Shown: positions 17,892-27,163 of the stretch, one piece after another
How the letters are laid out: the number at the start of each line of letters is the position of its first letter
Position numbering within the stretch: the stretch's first letter is position 1
NCBI GenBank assembly: GCA_965220075.1
Contig: OZ244806.1
Span: 2,519,925 to 2,583,924 of the forward strand
Direction: 5' to 3'
Length of the DNA stretch: 64,000 bases
Origin: Chloroflexota bacterium
GTDB taxonomy: Bacteria; Chloroflexota; UBA11872
Made by a program: the position numbers and the translations under genes
Notes under the pieces: generated by a model
The model's input: only the letters and a program-made list of their open reading frames with translations
Database searches by the model: none
What the model was told of the DNA's origin: nothing

Positions 17892-19046
17892 GTGTTGATA
17901 GACGTGTACGACGTTGTGATCGTGGGCGCGGGCGTGATGGGCAGCGCTGCGGCTTACTGGCTCAGCCGGGCCGGCAAGCGCGTGGCCTTGCTCGATAAGT
18001 ACAGCCCCGCGCACGTGCGGGCGGCCTCGGCCGATGAATCCCGCATGGTGCGATATCAGTACCGCGGGCAGACGATGTACACCCAGATGGTTGCCGGCGC
18101 GGTGGAGCTCTGGAAAGAGTTCGACCGCCGGATGGGCACCAGCTTCTATCGGGAGCAGGGCGCCCTCGCCTTGCAGGCCCAGCCCGACTATGCGCCCTTT
18201 GTCGAAGGCTATGAGGGGCTGCGCCAGCTTGGCTATCAACCGCAGTGGCTGGACGCGGACGACCTGCGGCGCCGGTATCCCCAGTTTGCGAACGTGGATT
18301 CCGGCTACATCCTCGAAGATCTGGGCGGCTACGTCGCCGCGGGGCCGGTCACGCAAGCGCTCGCCGAAGCGGCCACGGAGCTGGGGGCCGACGCACAGGC
18401 GGGCGCCGAAGTGACGGGGTTGCGGGAGTCGGCCGGGCGCGTCGCGAGCGTCGTCACCAGGGACGGGCGCACTTTCGAAGCCGACGTATTCGTCATTGCG
18501 GCCGGGTCGTGGACCCCGAAGCTGCTGCCCGAGCTGCCGATCCGCGTGCAGCCCACCGCCGCGCGGCTGCACTACCTCACCCCCGCGGACCGCGCCGCCT
18601 ACTCGTTCCCTCGTCTGCCGCCGTTCTTCGTGATGGACACGCACTTCTACGGGTTCCCGGTGCACTGGCGCGGCTGCGTGAAGGTGGCCGACGACACGAT
18701 CGGCGCCTCGTTCGATCCCGACCACGAGCGCGAGCACGACGACCCGGCGGCGCTGGCCAAGCTGCGGGACTTCCTGCGGCGCCACATGCCGGAGCTCAGC
18801 CAGGCGGAGGTGGTCTACAGCAAGACCTGCACCTACGCGATGACCGCGGACACCGACTTTGTCATCGACTATCTGCCGAATCGAGGCAACGCGATCGTCG
18901 CGGCGGGATTCTCAGGGCATGGGTTCAAGTTCGGCATCCTGATCGGACAAATCCTGGCGGACCTGGCGATGCGCGGCACAACCCGCTGGGACCTAACGCG
19001 GTTTCGGCTTGACCGCTCTCCGGCGCAAGTGGACGGGCACTGGTAA
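17892..19046 (+). CDS. FAD-dependent oxidoreductase, monomeric sarcosine oxidase/N-methyltryptophan oxidase-like
   Basis: Dinucleotide-binding start (V/L)IDVYDVVIVGAGVMGSAAAYWLSRAG. Start is placed at GTG 17892 or TTG 17895 because the upstream in-frame sequence is the REP element. C-terminal YxxxxxxxGHGFK motif is present. Confidence 0.85.
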   Translation: MLIDVYDVVIVGAGVMGSAAAYWLSRAGKRVALLDKYSPAHVRAASADESRMVRYQYRGQTMYTQMVAGAVELWKEFDRRMGTSFYREQGALALQAQPDYAPFVEGYEGLRQLGYQPQWLDADDLRRRYPQFANVDSGYILEDLGGYVAAGPVTQALAEAATELGADAQAGAEVTGLRESAGRVASVVTRDGRTFEADVFVIAAGSWTPKLLPELPIRVQPTAARLHYLTPADRAAYSFPRLPPFFVMDTHFYGFPVHWRGCVKVADDTIGASFDPDHEREHDDPAALAKLRDFLRRHMPELSQAEVVYSKTCTYAMTADTDFVIDYLPNRGNAIVAAGFSGHGFKFGILIGQILADLAMRGTTRWDLTRFRLDRSPAQVDGHW

Positions 19047-19089
19047 CGCTCCGCCCGCCGGATGGAGACGCCGTGGTTGTGGCGGGCGG

Positions 19090-20112
19090 TCAGTCGTCGC
19101 GCCAGACCTCGCCGAACAGTCGCAGCCAATTCCCGCCCAGAATCTTGCGCACCGCGTCTTCGCCGTAGCCGCGGCGGAGCAGGCCCTCGGCCACGTTCAC
19201 GAACTCCAGCGGGTTGGCGAATCCGCGCAGGAGACGGAAGGGCTGAGGTACGTCACCCGACGAGAGGAATGGCTCGCGGCCATGCGAGGCCCCAATCCAG
19301 TCAAACCACTCACGGGTTCGGCCCATGCAGAAGTCGGTGCCAATGGCCACCTGGTTATCGCCGACCATGTCCACCAGGTAGTCAATCGCGTCCAGATAGT
19401 CATCCAGCGTCGAGTCGTAACCATGGGGATGGTGAGCGGGAAAAGCATTCGCCCCGACTACGCCGCCCCGGCTGGTGAGGGCGCGAATCGCCTCATCGGT
19501 CTTGTTGCGTGGATAGTCCGTTTGGGAACGCGCGTTGGCGTGGGTGAACGTTACCGGCTGCTCCGAGTGCTCGATCGTCTCCAGCACCGTGCGGTCCCCC
19601 ACGTGCGAGAGATCGATCAGGATGCCGAGCTTATTCATCTCGCGAATCGCGGCGAGACCGATGTGACTCAAGCCCTCGTCGGTGCGCTCCCAGCAACCGT
19701 TCCCGAAGAGGTTCCGCTCGTTGTAGGTGAGCTGGACTATGCGCACTCCCAGCGCGTGGAAGAGACGGAAGCGCCGGACGTCGTTCTCCACCGGGGTCGC
19801 GTTCTGCCAGCCCAGGATGATGCCCGTGCGTCCTTCCGCCTTGGCGGCGTGGATGTCGGCCACCCGATGCACCGGCCGGATGTAGGCGGAGTAGTCCTCG
19901 AACCAGCGCAGCCAGGTGGTGAGGTTGTCGAGAGTCTCCTGGAAGCCTTCCCAGATCGCCGAGGTGGCGTTGACGGCCGTCACGCCCCCGTCACGCAGAT
20001 CGCGGAAGATGCGCTCCTCGCCCCAGCTGCTGGTGTCGAGACCGTCGATCACCACGGCCGCGTCGAACAGACGGCGGGCCGCGGCGCTCGGCGCCAATTC
20101 CTCGCTCGTCAT
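19090..20112 (-). CDS. Membrane dipeptidase (peptidase family M19, renal dipeptidase-like)
   Basis: 340 aa. VIDGLDTSSW, HRVADIHAAKAEGRTGIILGWQN and IDLSHVGDRTVLETIE...GTDF are conserved M19 zinc-ligand blocks. Confidence 0.9.
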   Translation of the reverse strand: MTSEELAPSAAARRLFDAAVVIDGLDTSSWGEERIFRDLRDGGVTAVNATSAIWEGFQETLDNLTTWLRWFEDYSAYIRPVHRVADIHAAKAEGRTGIILGWQNATPVENDVRRFRLFHALGVRIVQLTYNERNLFGNGCWERTDEGLSHIGLAAIREMNKLGILIDLSHVGDRTVLETIEHSEQPVTFTHANARSQTDYPRNKTDEAIRALTSRGGVVGANAFPAHHPHGYDSTLDDYLDAIDYLVDMVGDNQVAIGTDFCMGRTREWFDWIGASHGREPFLSSGDVPQPFRLLRGFANPLEFVNVAEGLLRRGYGEDAVRKILGGNWLRLFGEVWRDD

Positions 20113-20499
20113 AGCCGTCTCCGCTGGGCACGGCCCGTCGCTTTACTCCGCGCGGGCGAGCATAACGGACGCCTGGCCGGTCAGCGCCGCGGCCCTCACG
20201 AAGAGCGAAGCGCCGCAGCGGTCTGAAGCAGCACGTATACCGGTGACCGGGATCGACCGGCGCCTCGTTGCAGTACCCATCCCCAACGCGTTGCACAAAC
20301 CGGCGGACTATACATAGGGATCCCTAGCAACGAGTCAGACCAGGCTAAGTCGGTGCGAAAACGGTACGTGGCTGCCACTGTAGCTGACTGTCGTGTACAA
20401 GCTACGCGGTATACGAAGGCTGAGTAGATCTTGCCAAAGGGTGCGCCGCGCCATCCCGTTGGACGCGACCAAAGTGCGAGCTTACCTACAGACCTAGCG

Positions 20500-20790
20500 A
20501 CAGCAACGGCACCTGGTCCGGCTCATACAGGCGAAACGTCGTCCGGACAATCTTGCATGCTAGAGCGCGGCAGACACGAGGTTCTACCTCGTCTTGAAGA
20601 CCAGTCCGAAGCGAGGTCGCCAGACCGCTTCAAGCGGATACGGTTGACCGTCCCCCGGCGGTGGTATTCGATTGGCCGGCCGCCGCGTTTGCGAAGGGCA
20701 AGAGCGGTTCCAGCAGTTTCCGTTCCCGGTCGCTCAGATCGCCGGGATACTCTTTGCCGCTCTTAAAACACCACTGCAAGCGTTGCGCAA
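20500..20790 (-). pseudogene. Degraded IS5-family (IS427/IS1031-type, DUF4096 N-terminus) transposase relic
   Basis: Minus-strand translation gives GDLSDRERKLLEPLLP then, after a frameshift, GRPIEYHRRGTVNRIRLKRSG. These match the conserved transposase N-terminus DLSDxEWxxIxPLLP...GRPRxxDRRVLNGIxWxLRTG. The region is lower-GC, has stops and frameshifts, and no intact ORF. Confidence 0.45.
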
Positions 20791-20878
20791 TTGTCCTCAC
20801 AATAGTAACCGCGGACGGTTTTCAAACACACTCTTAGGGCAGGCCGCCCTTGCACCTGCGTCAGCTAACGAAGTTCGG

Positions 20879-22336
20879 CTACTTGTCGCCCTCGGTCGTC
20901 TCGTCTTCCTTGCCGTCGGTGTCACTGTCGTGGACCGCAACGTCCGACACGACGCCGGGGAGGTTCTTGAGGGTGCTGATGATATCGACGCCCGTGAGCG
21001 ACTGCACCAGGGCCGGGAGTTGCGCGATGGTGGCCGATACGTCCTGCGTCACCTTGCTGGCGCCGGCGCCCGCCCCGTCGGCGCCGCCGTTGCTGATCAC
21101 CACGATGCTGTCGGTCTTGGCGAGGGGCTGCGCCACGGCGCTCGCGACATCGGGCAGCGATTCGAAGAGCTGCTGGATCATGGCCGCCTGGCCGTACTGC
21201 TTCCAGGCATCGGCCTTCTTGTTCATCGCCTGGGCCTCCGCGAGGCCTTGGGCTCTGGTAGCGTCCGCACCCGCCTCACCCCTCGCTCGGATGGCGTCAG
21301 CATCGGCTTGTCCACGGAGCCTGGTCGACTCGGCTTCCGCCTGGGCCTCGGCAATGACGCGTGCGCGCTCGCCCTCCGCCACCGTCTCGAGCTTGTATCG
21401 TTCCGCTTCGGCCTCGACGCGTGTGCCGCGGCGGTGCCCTTCCGCGCGCAATTCCAATTGGTCGCGCTCGGCCTCGGCGGGACGCCGGATCGTCGCGTCT
21501 AGCTCGCGCTCCCGCCGGGCGACCTCCTGTACCTGGACCTCAATCTGCTTTTGCCGCTCGACGACCTCGACTTGCGACTCTTCCGACCGGATTCGCTGGC
21601 GGGTTATTGCCTCTTGAAGGGAGTAGGCCAGCTCGGCCTCGGCGCGCCGGGCGTTGACCTGCTGATCGTACGCGGCTTTTTGCGTCTGGAAGTCGCGTTC
21701 GGACTCGGCGATAGCGGTGTCGGCGGCGAACCGTGCCGCCTGCTGCTCCTGATCGGCCTGGGCTTGCTTAATGCCGGCGTCGCGTTCGGCCTGGGCCTCA
21801 CCGATGGCCGCGTCCCGCTTGACCTCCGAGGTCCGTCGTACGCCGAGGGCCTCCAGATAGCCCTGCTCATCCTGGATGTCGCGAATCGAGAAGCTGACGA
21901 TTTCCAACCCCATGTTGGTCATATCGGTTGCCGCCACGTCACGCACCTGCTCGGCAAAGGCCACGCGGTCCCGGTATATATCCTCGACGGTCATCGTGCC
22001 TAGAATGGCCCGTTGCTGACCCTCAAGGGTTTGTAGGGCAACCTCCGCGATCTCCGTCACGCTCTTACCCAAGAACTGCTCTGCCGCGGTGCGTATCGCG
22101 TCCTCGCTGCGTCCGACTTTGACCTGCGCGATGCCGTCGACTGAGACCGAGACGCCCTCCTTGGTGTAGACCCTGGCCGTGTTGACCGGAAGGGTCATTA
22201 CTTCCAGGGAGATCATCTGTGCTTTCTGCAATATCGGCAGCACGAACATCCGCCCGCCGACCTTCAGCTTGGGCCTAGTGCTTCCACCCGACACGATCAG
22301 CGCATGGTTCGGTCCTACTGTATGAAAGCCCGCCAT
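20879..22336 (-). CDS. Flotillin/SPFH (band 7) family protein
   Basis: 485 aa. N-terminal SPFH domain followed by an extended Ala/Glu-rich coiled coil (EAQAERDAGIKQAQADQEQQAARF...). Encoded immediately downstream of nfeD. Confidence 0.9.
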   Translation of the reverse strand: MAGFHTVGPNHALIVSGGSTRPKLKVGGRMFVLPILQKAQMISLEVMTLPVNTARVYTKEGVSVSVDGIAQVKVGRSEDAIRTAAEQFLGKSVTEIAEVALQTLEGQQRAILGTMTVEDIYRDRVAFAEQVRDVAATDMTNMGLEIVSFSIRDIQDEQGYLEALGVRRTSEVKRDAAIGEAQAERDAGIKQAQADQEQQAARFAADTAIAESERDFQTQKAAYDQQVNARRAEAELAYSLQEAITRQRIRSEESQVEVVERQKQIEVQVQEVARRERELDATIRRPAEAERDQLELRAEGHRRGTRVEAEAERYKLETVAEGERARVIAEAQAEAESTRLRGQADADAIRARGEAGADATRAQGLAEAQAMNKKADAWKQYGQAAMIQQLFESLPDVASAVAQPLAKTDSIVVISNGGADGAGAGASKVTQDVSATIAQLPALVQSLTGVDIISTLKNLPGVVSDVAVHDSDTDGKEDETTEGDK

Positions 22337-22369
22337 GTGTTCCCCCAGATGAGCTGCTACGGATCCGTG

Positions 22370-23731
22370 TTATGCATCGCTCGAGGCTCCCGGTCCATCG
22401 TACAGCTTTTCGACTTTGAGAACCCGTCCATACACCCCGACGACTCGCACCTCATCGCCTTCCTGGATCGAGACCCCGGGATCGGTTGACGCCGACCACT
22501 CCCTGTCCGACACCTTGACCCTGCCTGCCGGATCGAGGTCGGTCAGGGCCATGCCCGATGCTCCTTCCAGCTGCATCTCCTCCGCGGTTTGAAATCCGGT
22601 CGAGACCCCTCCGCCATGGATAGCCAGGCGGATGAACAGCACCCACGCCGCGGTCATGAGTCCGGACGTCACCGCAATCATGATCGGGCTCACCATGATG
22701 TTCAGCTCCGGGAGATCCGATGGGCTGAAGAAGTTGCCGAACAGGAAGATCGACCCGAGGACGAAAGAGACAATTCCGCCCGCACCGAAGAGGCTGAATC
22801 CCGGCGCCGTCGTCTCCGCATAGAACAGTCCCATGGCAAGGGCAAGAAGCACCAGGCCAACCCAGTTGCCCGGCAGATTGAAGAATCCGACGAAGGCCAG
22901 GATGAGCGAGATAACGCCGACGACCCCTGGGCCGATCATGCCGGGAACGGACCACTCCGCCCAGAGAGCCAACCCCCCCAGCAGGAACAGCACCAGGGCC
23001 AGGTTGGGATTCGCGAGGATCCCCAGCAGGTGTTCCAGCAGCGTGCGGCCAAGCTGGTCCACTCGTGCCCCGGCGGACTCGACCACCACCGGCCCGGCCG
23101 CGGTCTCGGCGGTGCGGCCGTGGAGTTGCTCCAGCATGGTGTCCATATCGGGAGCGATGAGGTCGATGATTCCGACGTCCAGGGCCTCCTGCTCCGAGAA
23201 GGCCTTGGCTTTCGACACGGTTTCCTCCAGGGCATCGCCGTTGCGATCCCGGATCTCGGCAATGCTGCGGATGAAGGCCCGGGTGTCCTCGTCCACCTTG
23301 CGCGCGAGTGTCTCGGGAAGGTCGACGCCGCCGGGGCCGACCGCCGCGGCCGCGCCGATGTTGGTGCCCGGCGCCATCACCGCGAAATTCGCCGCGGCTG
23401 CAACAAAGGTGCCCGCCGAAGCCGCTCTGGCGCCTGAAGGCGAGACGTACACCGCGACGGGGACGTGCGCTTCCAGGAGCCGCTCGACGATTTCGCGGGT
23501 CGAGTCCACGAGGCCGCCCGGCGTGTCCAAGCGGATGACGGCCAGCGATGCGCCGTCGCCGCGAGCCTTGTCGAGTCCCCGCGCAACGTGAGCGGAGGAC
23601 AGCGGCTCGATGGCTCCGTCGACCTCGATGACGAGCACGGTCGGCCCATCTGCCCGTGCCGGGTCGGTGGACTGCCACGCCAGAAGCACGGAGGCAGCAA
23701 CAACTGCCGCGACGGCAACCAGGCGACGCAT
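22370..23731 (-). CDS. NfeD-family membrane-bound ClpP-class serine protease
   Basis: 453 aa. Signal peptide, ClpP-like domain (VIEVDGAIEPLSSAHVARGL...SAGTFVAAAANFAVMAPGTNIGAA), multi-TM region and C-terminal OB-fold. This is the canonical NfeD-flotillin operon partner. Confidence 0.9.
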   Translation of the reverse strand: MRRLVAVAAVVAASVLLAWQSTDPARADGPTVLVIEVDGAIEPLSSAHVARGLDKARGDGASLAVIRLDTPGGLVDSTREIVERLLEAHVPVAVYVSPSGARAASAGTFVAAAANFAVMAPGTNIGAAAAVGPGGVDLPETLARKVDEDTRAFIRSIAEIRDRNGDALEETVSKAKAFSEQEALDVGIIDLIAPDMDTMLEQLHGRTAETAAGPVVVESAGARVDQLGRTLLEHLLGILANPNLALVLFLLGGLALWAEWSVPGMIGPGVVGVISLILAFVGFFNLPGNWVGLVLLALAMGLFYAETTAPGFSLFGAGGIVSFVLGSIFLFGNFFSPSDLPELNIMVSPIMIAVTSGLMTAAWVLFIRLAIHGGGVSTGFQTAEEMQLEGASGMALTDLDPAGRVKVSDREWSASTDPGVSIQEGDEVRVVGVYGRVLKVEKLYDGPGASSDA

Positions 23732-24018
23732 GACCGCCCTCCAAGCGGGAGGACCCAGGCGTCTTATCGCCTGGAAATGCCAGCGTCCATATTAGTGGAG
23801 ACGCGGCCGCTCCGGTCAACGAGCCTTCCAGCGGCCCGCGACGACGGGCGCGAAGGCGCCCTCCGCAACGTCACGCTTCGCATCCAGGGCATGGCCGGGC
23901 GTGCGTCCGGGTCGGCCCATGGCTAGCGGGTACAGCCGGGTGACCCGCGCTCACGTTGACACTCGGAAAGCCCCCTCTCTACAGTCGAGGCGCTTGCGAA
24001 TCGCGCGCGTGGCACGCC

Positions 24019-25023
24019 ATGTCTGAGGAGACCGCCGGCCATCGGATTCTGATCACGGACATCGCCTGGCCGAGCACGGCGCCGGAGCGCGAGGTGCTGG
24101 CCGAGCTCGACGCGGAGGTCGTCGAATCCGACAGCCCCGACGAGGACCGCCTGGTCGAGCTGGCGCAGGACGTGACCGGCATCCTGGCGTGCTTTGCCAA
24201 GGTCACCGAGCCGGTGATCGCGGCCTCGCCCCGCCTGCGGGTGGTCGGACGCACCGGCGTGGGCACGGACAACATCGACGTGGACGCCTGCACGCGGCGC
24301 GGCATTCCCGTGACCTACGTGCCCGACTACGCCATCGAGGAAGTGGCCGACCACGCGATGGCGCTGCTGATGGCGTTTTCCCGCAAAATCGTGGCGCGGG
24401 ACCGGCTCACCAAGGCCGGTCGCTGGGAGACCAAGCCCGCGCGCCCCATCCACCGGCTGCGCGGACGCACGCTGGGGATCTTGGGCTATGGCCGCATCGG
24501 CCACGCGCTGGCGCTGCGCGCGATTCCGCATGGGTTCAAGATCCTGGTGTTCGACCCGTACATCACGGCCGACCGCGTGGCGGACATCGGGGCCGAGCTG
24601 GTGAGCAAGGAGCGGTTGCTGGCCGAATCGGACGCGATCTCGGTGCACGCCCCGCTCACACCCGAGACGCACCACGTCATCGGCGAAGCCGAGCTGCGCG
24701 CGATGAAGCCGGAGGCCTGTCTGATAAACACCGCGCGCGGACCGCTGGTGGACGAATACGCGCTGGCGCGGGCGCTGTCCGAAGGCTGGATCGCGGGCGC
24801 CGGCATCGACGTGCTGGAAGCCGAGCCGCCGCCGGAGGGCCACCCGCTCCTCGCGGAGCCGAACGCCATCGTCACGCCGCACGCCGCCTTCATGTCCGAG
24901 GAGTCGGTGCTCGAGCTCGAGCGCCGCGCCGCATTGGCCGTCGTCCGCGTCCTCCAAGGCCGCATGCCGGAGTTCATCTGGAACCGCGAAGTGCTGGACC
25001 AGGTGAGCCTGGCGAAGGACTAG
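24019..25023 (+). CDS. D-isomer-specific 2-hydroxyacid dehydrogenase (PGDH/GyaR-like), NAD-binding
   Basis: From ATG 24019. GILGYGRIGHALALRA (GxGxxG), catalytic RGP...NTARG...D...E...H arrangement and VTPHAAF motif. Confidence 0.9.
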   Translation: MSEETAGHRILITDIAWPSTAPEREVLAELDAEVVESDSPDEDRLVELAQDVTGILACFAKVTEPVIAASPRLRVVGRTGVGTDNIDVDACTRRGIPVTYVPDYAIEEVADHAMALLMAFSRKIVARDRLTKAGRWETKPARPIHRLRGRTLGILGYGRIGHALALRAIPHGFKILVFDPYITADRVADIGAELVSKERLLAESDAISVHAPLTPETHHVIGEAELRAMKPEACLINTARGPLVDEYALARALSEGWIAGAGIDVLEAEPPPEGHPLLAEPNAIVTPHAAFMSEESVLELERRAALAVVRVLQGRMPEFIWNREVLDQVSLAKD

Positions 25024-25184
25024 CGGCGCTATCGGGCCGACGGCGGGATAAACCGCAGCGGCGTCGGGGCGCAGCGCCAGCCCCTCGGCAGGTGGCTCAT
25101 CGAGAACATGCCACGCGGGGCTGAGCTCGAAATACCCGACCGCCGTTCAAACCGTACGATCCCGTTCAGCGACGCACACGACGA

Positions 25185-25421
25185 GTGAGCCGCTATCTCC
25201 TCCATGCCAACGGAGTCTCGGAGACAATCCGCGGCGCTCCGCACCCCGGTGTCGTCACGTTCCTTGCCGAGCACGAGGATCTTTGGCTGTCGTCGATCGT
25301 GATCGATGAGCTGGAATACGGCGTGCGGCTCTACCGAGGACTCGGCGTCTTCATGCTGCCTGCTCTAGAGAGCAGGGCGGCTGGGATTCAGCTGGTTCGG
25401 TCGAGGTCTTGCTCAGGTTGA
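25185..25421 (+). pseudogene. VapC (PIN-domain toxin) N-terminal relic
   Basis: LLHANGVSETIRGAPHPGVVTFLAEHEDLWLSSIVIDELEYGVRLYRGLG aligns with the VapC/FitB block LLDTNVVSELxRxxPxPxVxxWL....LxLSxITxxELxYGV. The catalytic Asp is replaced (HAN for DTN) and the C-terminal half is missing. Confidence 0.5.
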
Positions 25422-25486
25422 GCGATTCGTCAATCGGACTCTCAAGAGATGTATGACTATGCTCAATTGCAGTTCTGAACCTGCCA

Positions 25487-27163
25487 TTATACTGGCTTAT
25501 TACCGCCATATTCTCGCAGGTTAGTGAAAGGCTCTACCACAGGATGAGGCCTAGGAGGCAGCATTACAATAACCCTTTGTCGTGCTCGGGAAAGTGCCAC
25601 GTTTAGCAACCGGGACGTCTTCATGAAGGGCTCTCGCTCAGATCCGAAGTAGTCATCGGTCCGGAACACATGAATGACGGTGTCAGCCTCGCGCCCCTTT
25701 GTTTGGTGGTAGTTCATCAACTTCACCGTACCGCGCTCGGAGTAGTCCAAATCGATGAGGGCCTCGACGCGGCTGCGCTCGACGATCTCACACAACTGCC
25801 GCACGGCTTCCTCTGATACGGGAATTTCCCGAAGCGGCCGCAAGAGGCGCCTGAAGTGGTTAGCAGCTCTATGCCACGGACGATTGCCAGCCCTGATGCC
25901 GAGACCCTCCCATGACTCTATGGCGACCTCTGCCAATTCCCCCATCGTGCCATCTACAGCTGCAGCAAGGGCACCCTCGAGCTGCTGTAGCGATTCCTTC
26001 AAGAGACCTGGAAGACTAACCCTGCCTGCGAGCGCCCTAGCCATCTCGGGGACTCTGCGCTGCCTCGTGGCTGCGGTCAGAAACAGCCCAAGCGATTCGC
26101 GGAACTCTTCACTAGTCGTTATCCCAAGTGCAAACGCACATTGTGCTGCCATCGATGCCATCGCCTCTGCGTGAGCCTCTGGTATACCCACGAGAACGCA
26201 GTCGATACCCGCAGCATCTAGTTGCTCGGCCAACTCGGCTACCGCAGCATTGGAGTGGGCGAAGATACCGACATCACGGGAATGTTGTCTCCGCGCGTCC
26301 CTGATAATCTCACCAAGTAGGCCCGAATGGTCGTCAGGGCTCACATCGAAATGGATGACGAGGCGGCCACTAGTCAAAGCTTCAACGACCGCCTCATGGT
26401 TAAACAGGCGCTGGCGTATGGCCTCGGCAACAGCTGGAATTGCTCCTGATGGGTCGCGATGAGATCGCGGGGAGAGCTCAATCTCCTTGTCCACCCACTC
26501 CCGCAATTGGCGGAATCTCTCTGGCGAAACGCCCTCGATGAATGTATAGATCATTTGGTTTTCGTCACCCAGCAGGAGCAGCCTGCGCGACGTGATCGTC
26601 TGAAGAAGCTGCCACTGCTCTGCGCTTGTATCCTGGGCCTCGTCACAGATCACTAGACCCCAGCGGGTCGCAAGGAGCCGCCTTACACGCTCGCTACCAT
26701 TGACAATCGCCATCGCACCAGGAATTAAGTCAGCGTATCGGAGCTTGGTACGGTCCTGACCCAGCAGCTTGCTGCGCGCCTCCGACTGAAGTGAGGGCAG
26801 AGCCAGCCCGTAGCCCGCGTACCTTCCATACCCTTTCAACACCCGATAGGCGAGTCCATGGAATGTGAGAACTTCAACGCGATCCGCACAACCCACGAGT
26901 ACTCCCGGCGAGCGGCTCATGATCTGGGTTACCGCCGAGCGCGAAAATGTCAGGAACAGGACTCTCGGGGACGGATTGTCTTCTGAGGTCTCAAGAAAAG
27001 CGCGCGCAGCCCACAGCGCCGTCGTAGTCTTACCAGTTCCCGGTCCGCCCAGAACAAGCGTTCTGTCATTCGAGTGGAGGATCGCATTCACGACCTCGCG
27101 CTGCCTACAGTCAAGGTCATCAATTCGCATAGTCGTCCTAGCCGGATTAAGTACCGGCTGCAA
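25487..27163 (-). CDS. gajB: UvrD/Rep-like superfamily-1 helicase (GajB-like)
   Basis: 558 aa. Walker A LVLGGPGTGKTTT, motif II VICDEAQD, C-terminal VALSRARQRVIV. Overlaps the upstream OLD-like gene by 17 nt (operon). The region is lower GC than flanks. Confidence 0.8.
   Translation of the reverse strand: MQPVLNPARTTMRIDDLDCRQREVVNAILHSNDRTLVLGGPGTGKTTTALWAARAFLETSEDNPSPRVLFLTFSRSAVTQIMSRSPGVLVGCADRVEVLTFHGLAYRVLKGYGRYAGYGLALPSLQSEARSKLLGQDRTKLRYADLIPGAMAIVNGSERVRRLLATRWGLVICDEAQDTSAEQWQLLQTITSRRLLLLGDENQMIYTFIEGVSPERFRQLREWVDKEIELSPRSHRDPSGAIPAVAEAIRQRLFNHEAVVEALTSGRLVIHFDVSPDDHSGLLGEIIRDARRQHSRDVGIFAHSNAAVAELAEQLDAAGIDCVLVGIPEAHAEAMASMAAQCAFALGITTSEEFRESLGLFLTAATRQRRVPEMARALAGRVSLPGLLKESLQQLEGALAAAVDGTMGELAEVAIESWEGLGIRAGNRPWHRAANHFRRLLRPLREIPVSEEAVRQLCEIVERSRVEALIDLDYSERGTVKLMNYHQTKGREADTVIHVFRTDDYFGSEREPFMKTSRLLNVALSRARQRVIVMLPPRPHPVVEPFTNLREYGGNKPV

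Noticed and set aside
17865-18785. 306-aa minus-strand ORF
   Set aside because: Antisense of the sarcosine-oxidase-like gene, whose FAD motifs are clear on the plus strand.
20113-20878. Structured ncRNA (RNase P, SRP or 6S) in the long lower-GC spacer
   Set aside because: No conserved RNase P or SRP core motifs. The segment is better explained by the degraded transposase reading frames.
22452-23819. 455-aa minus-strand ORF in an alternate frame over nfeD
   Set aside because: It is the same strand but the wrong frame. The NfeD frame has a signal peptide, a ClpP-like domain and TM helices, while this frame is an Arg/Gly/Pro-rich artefact.
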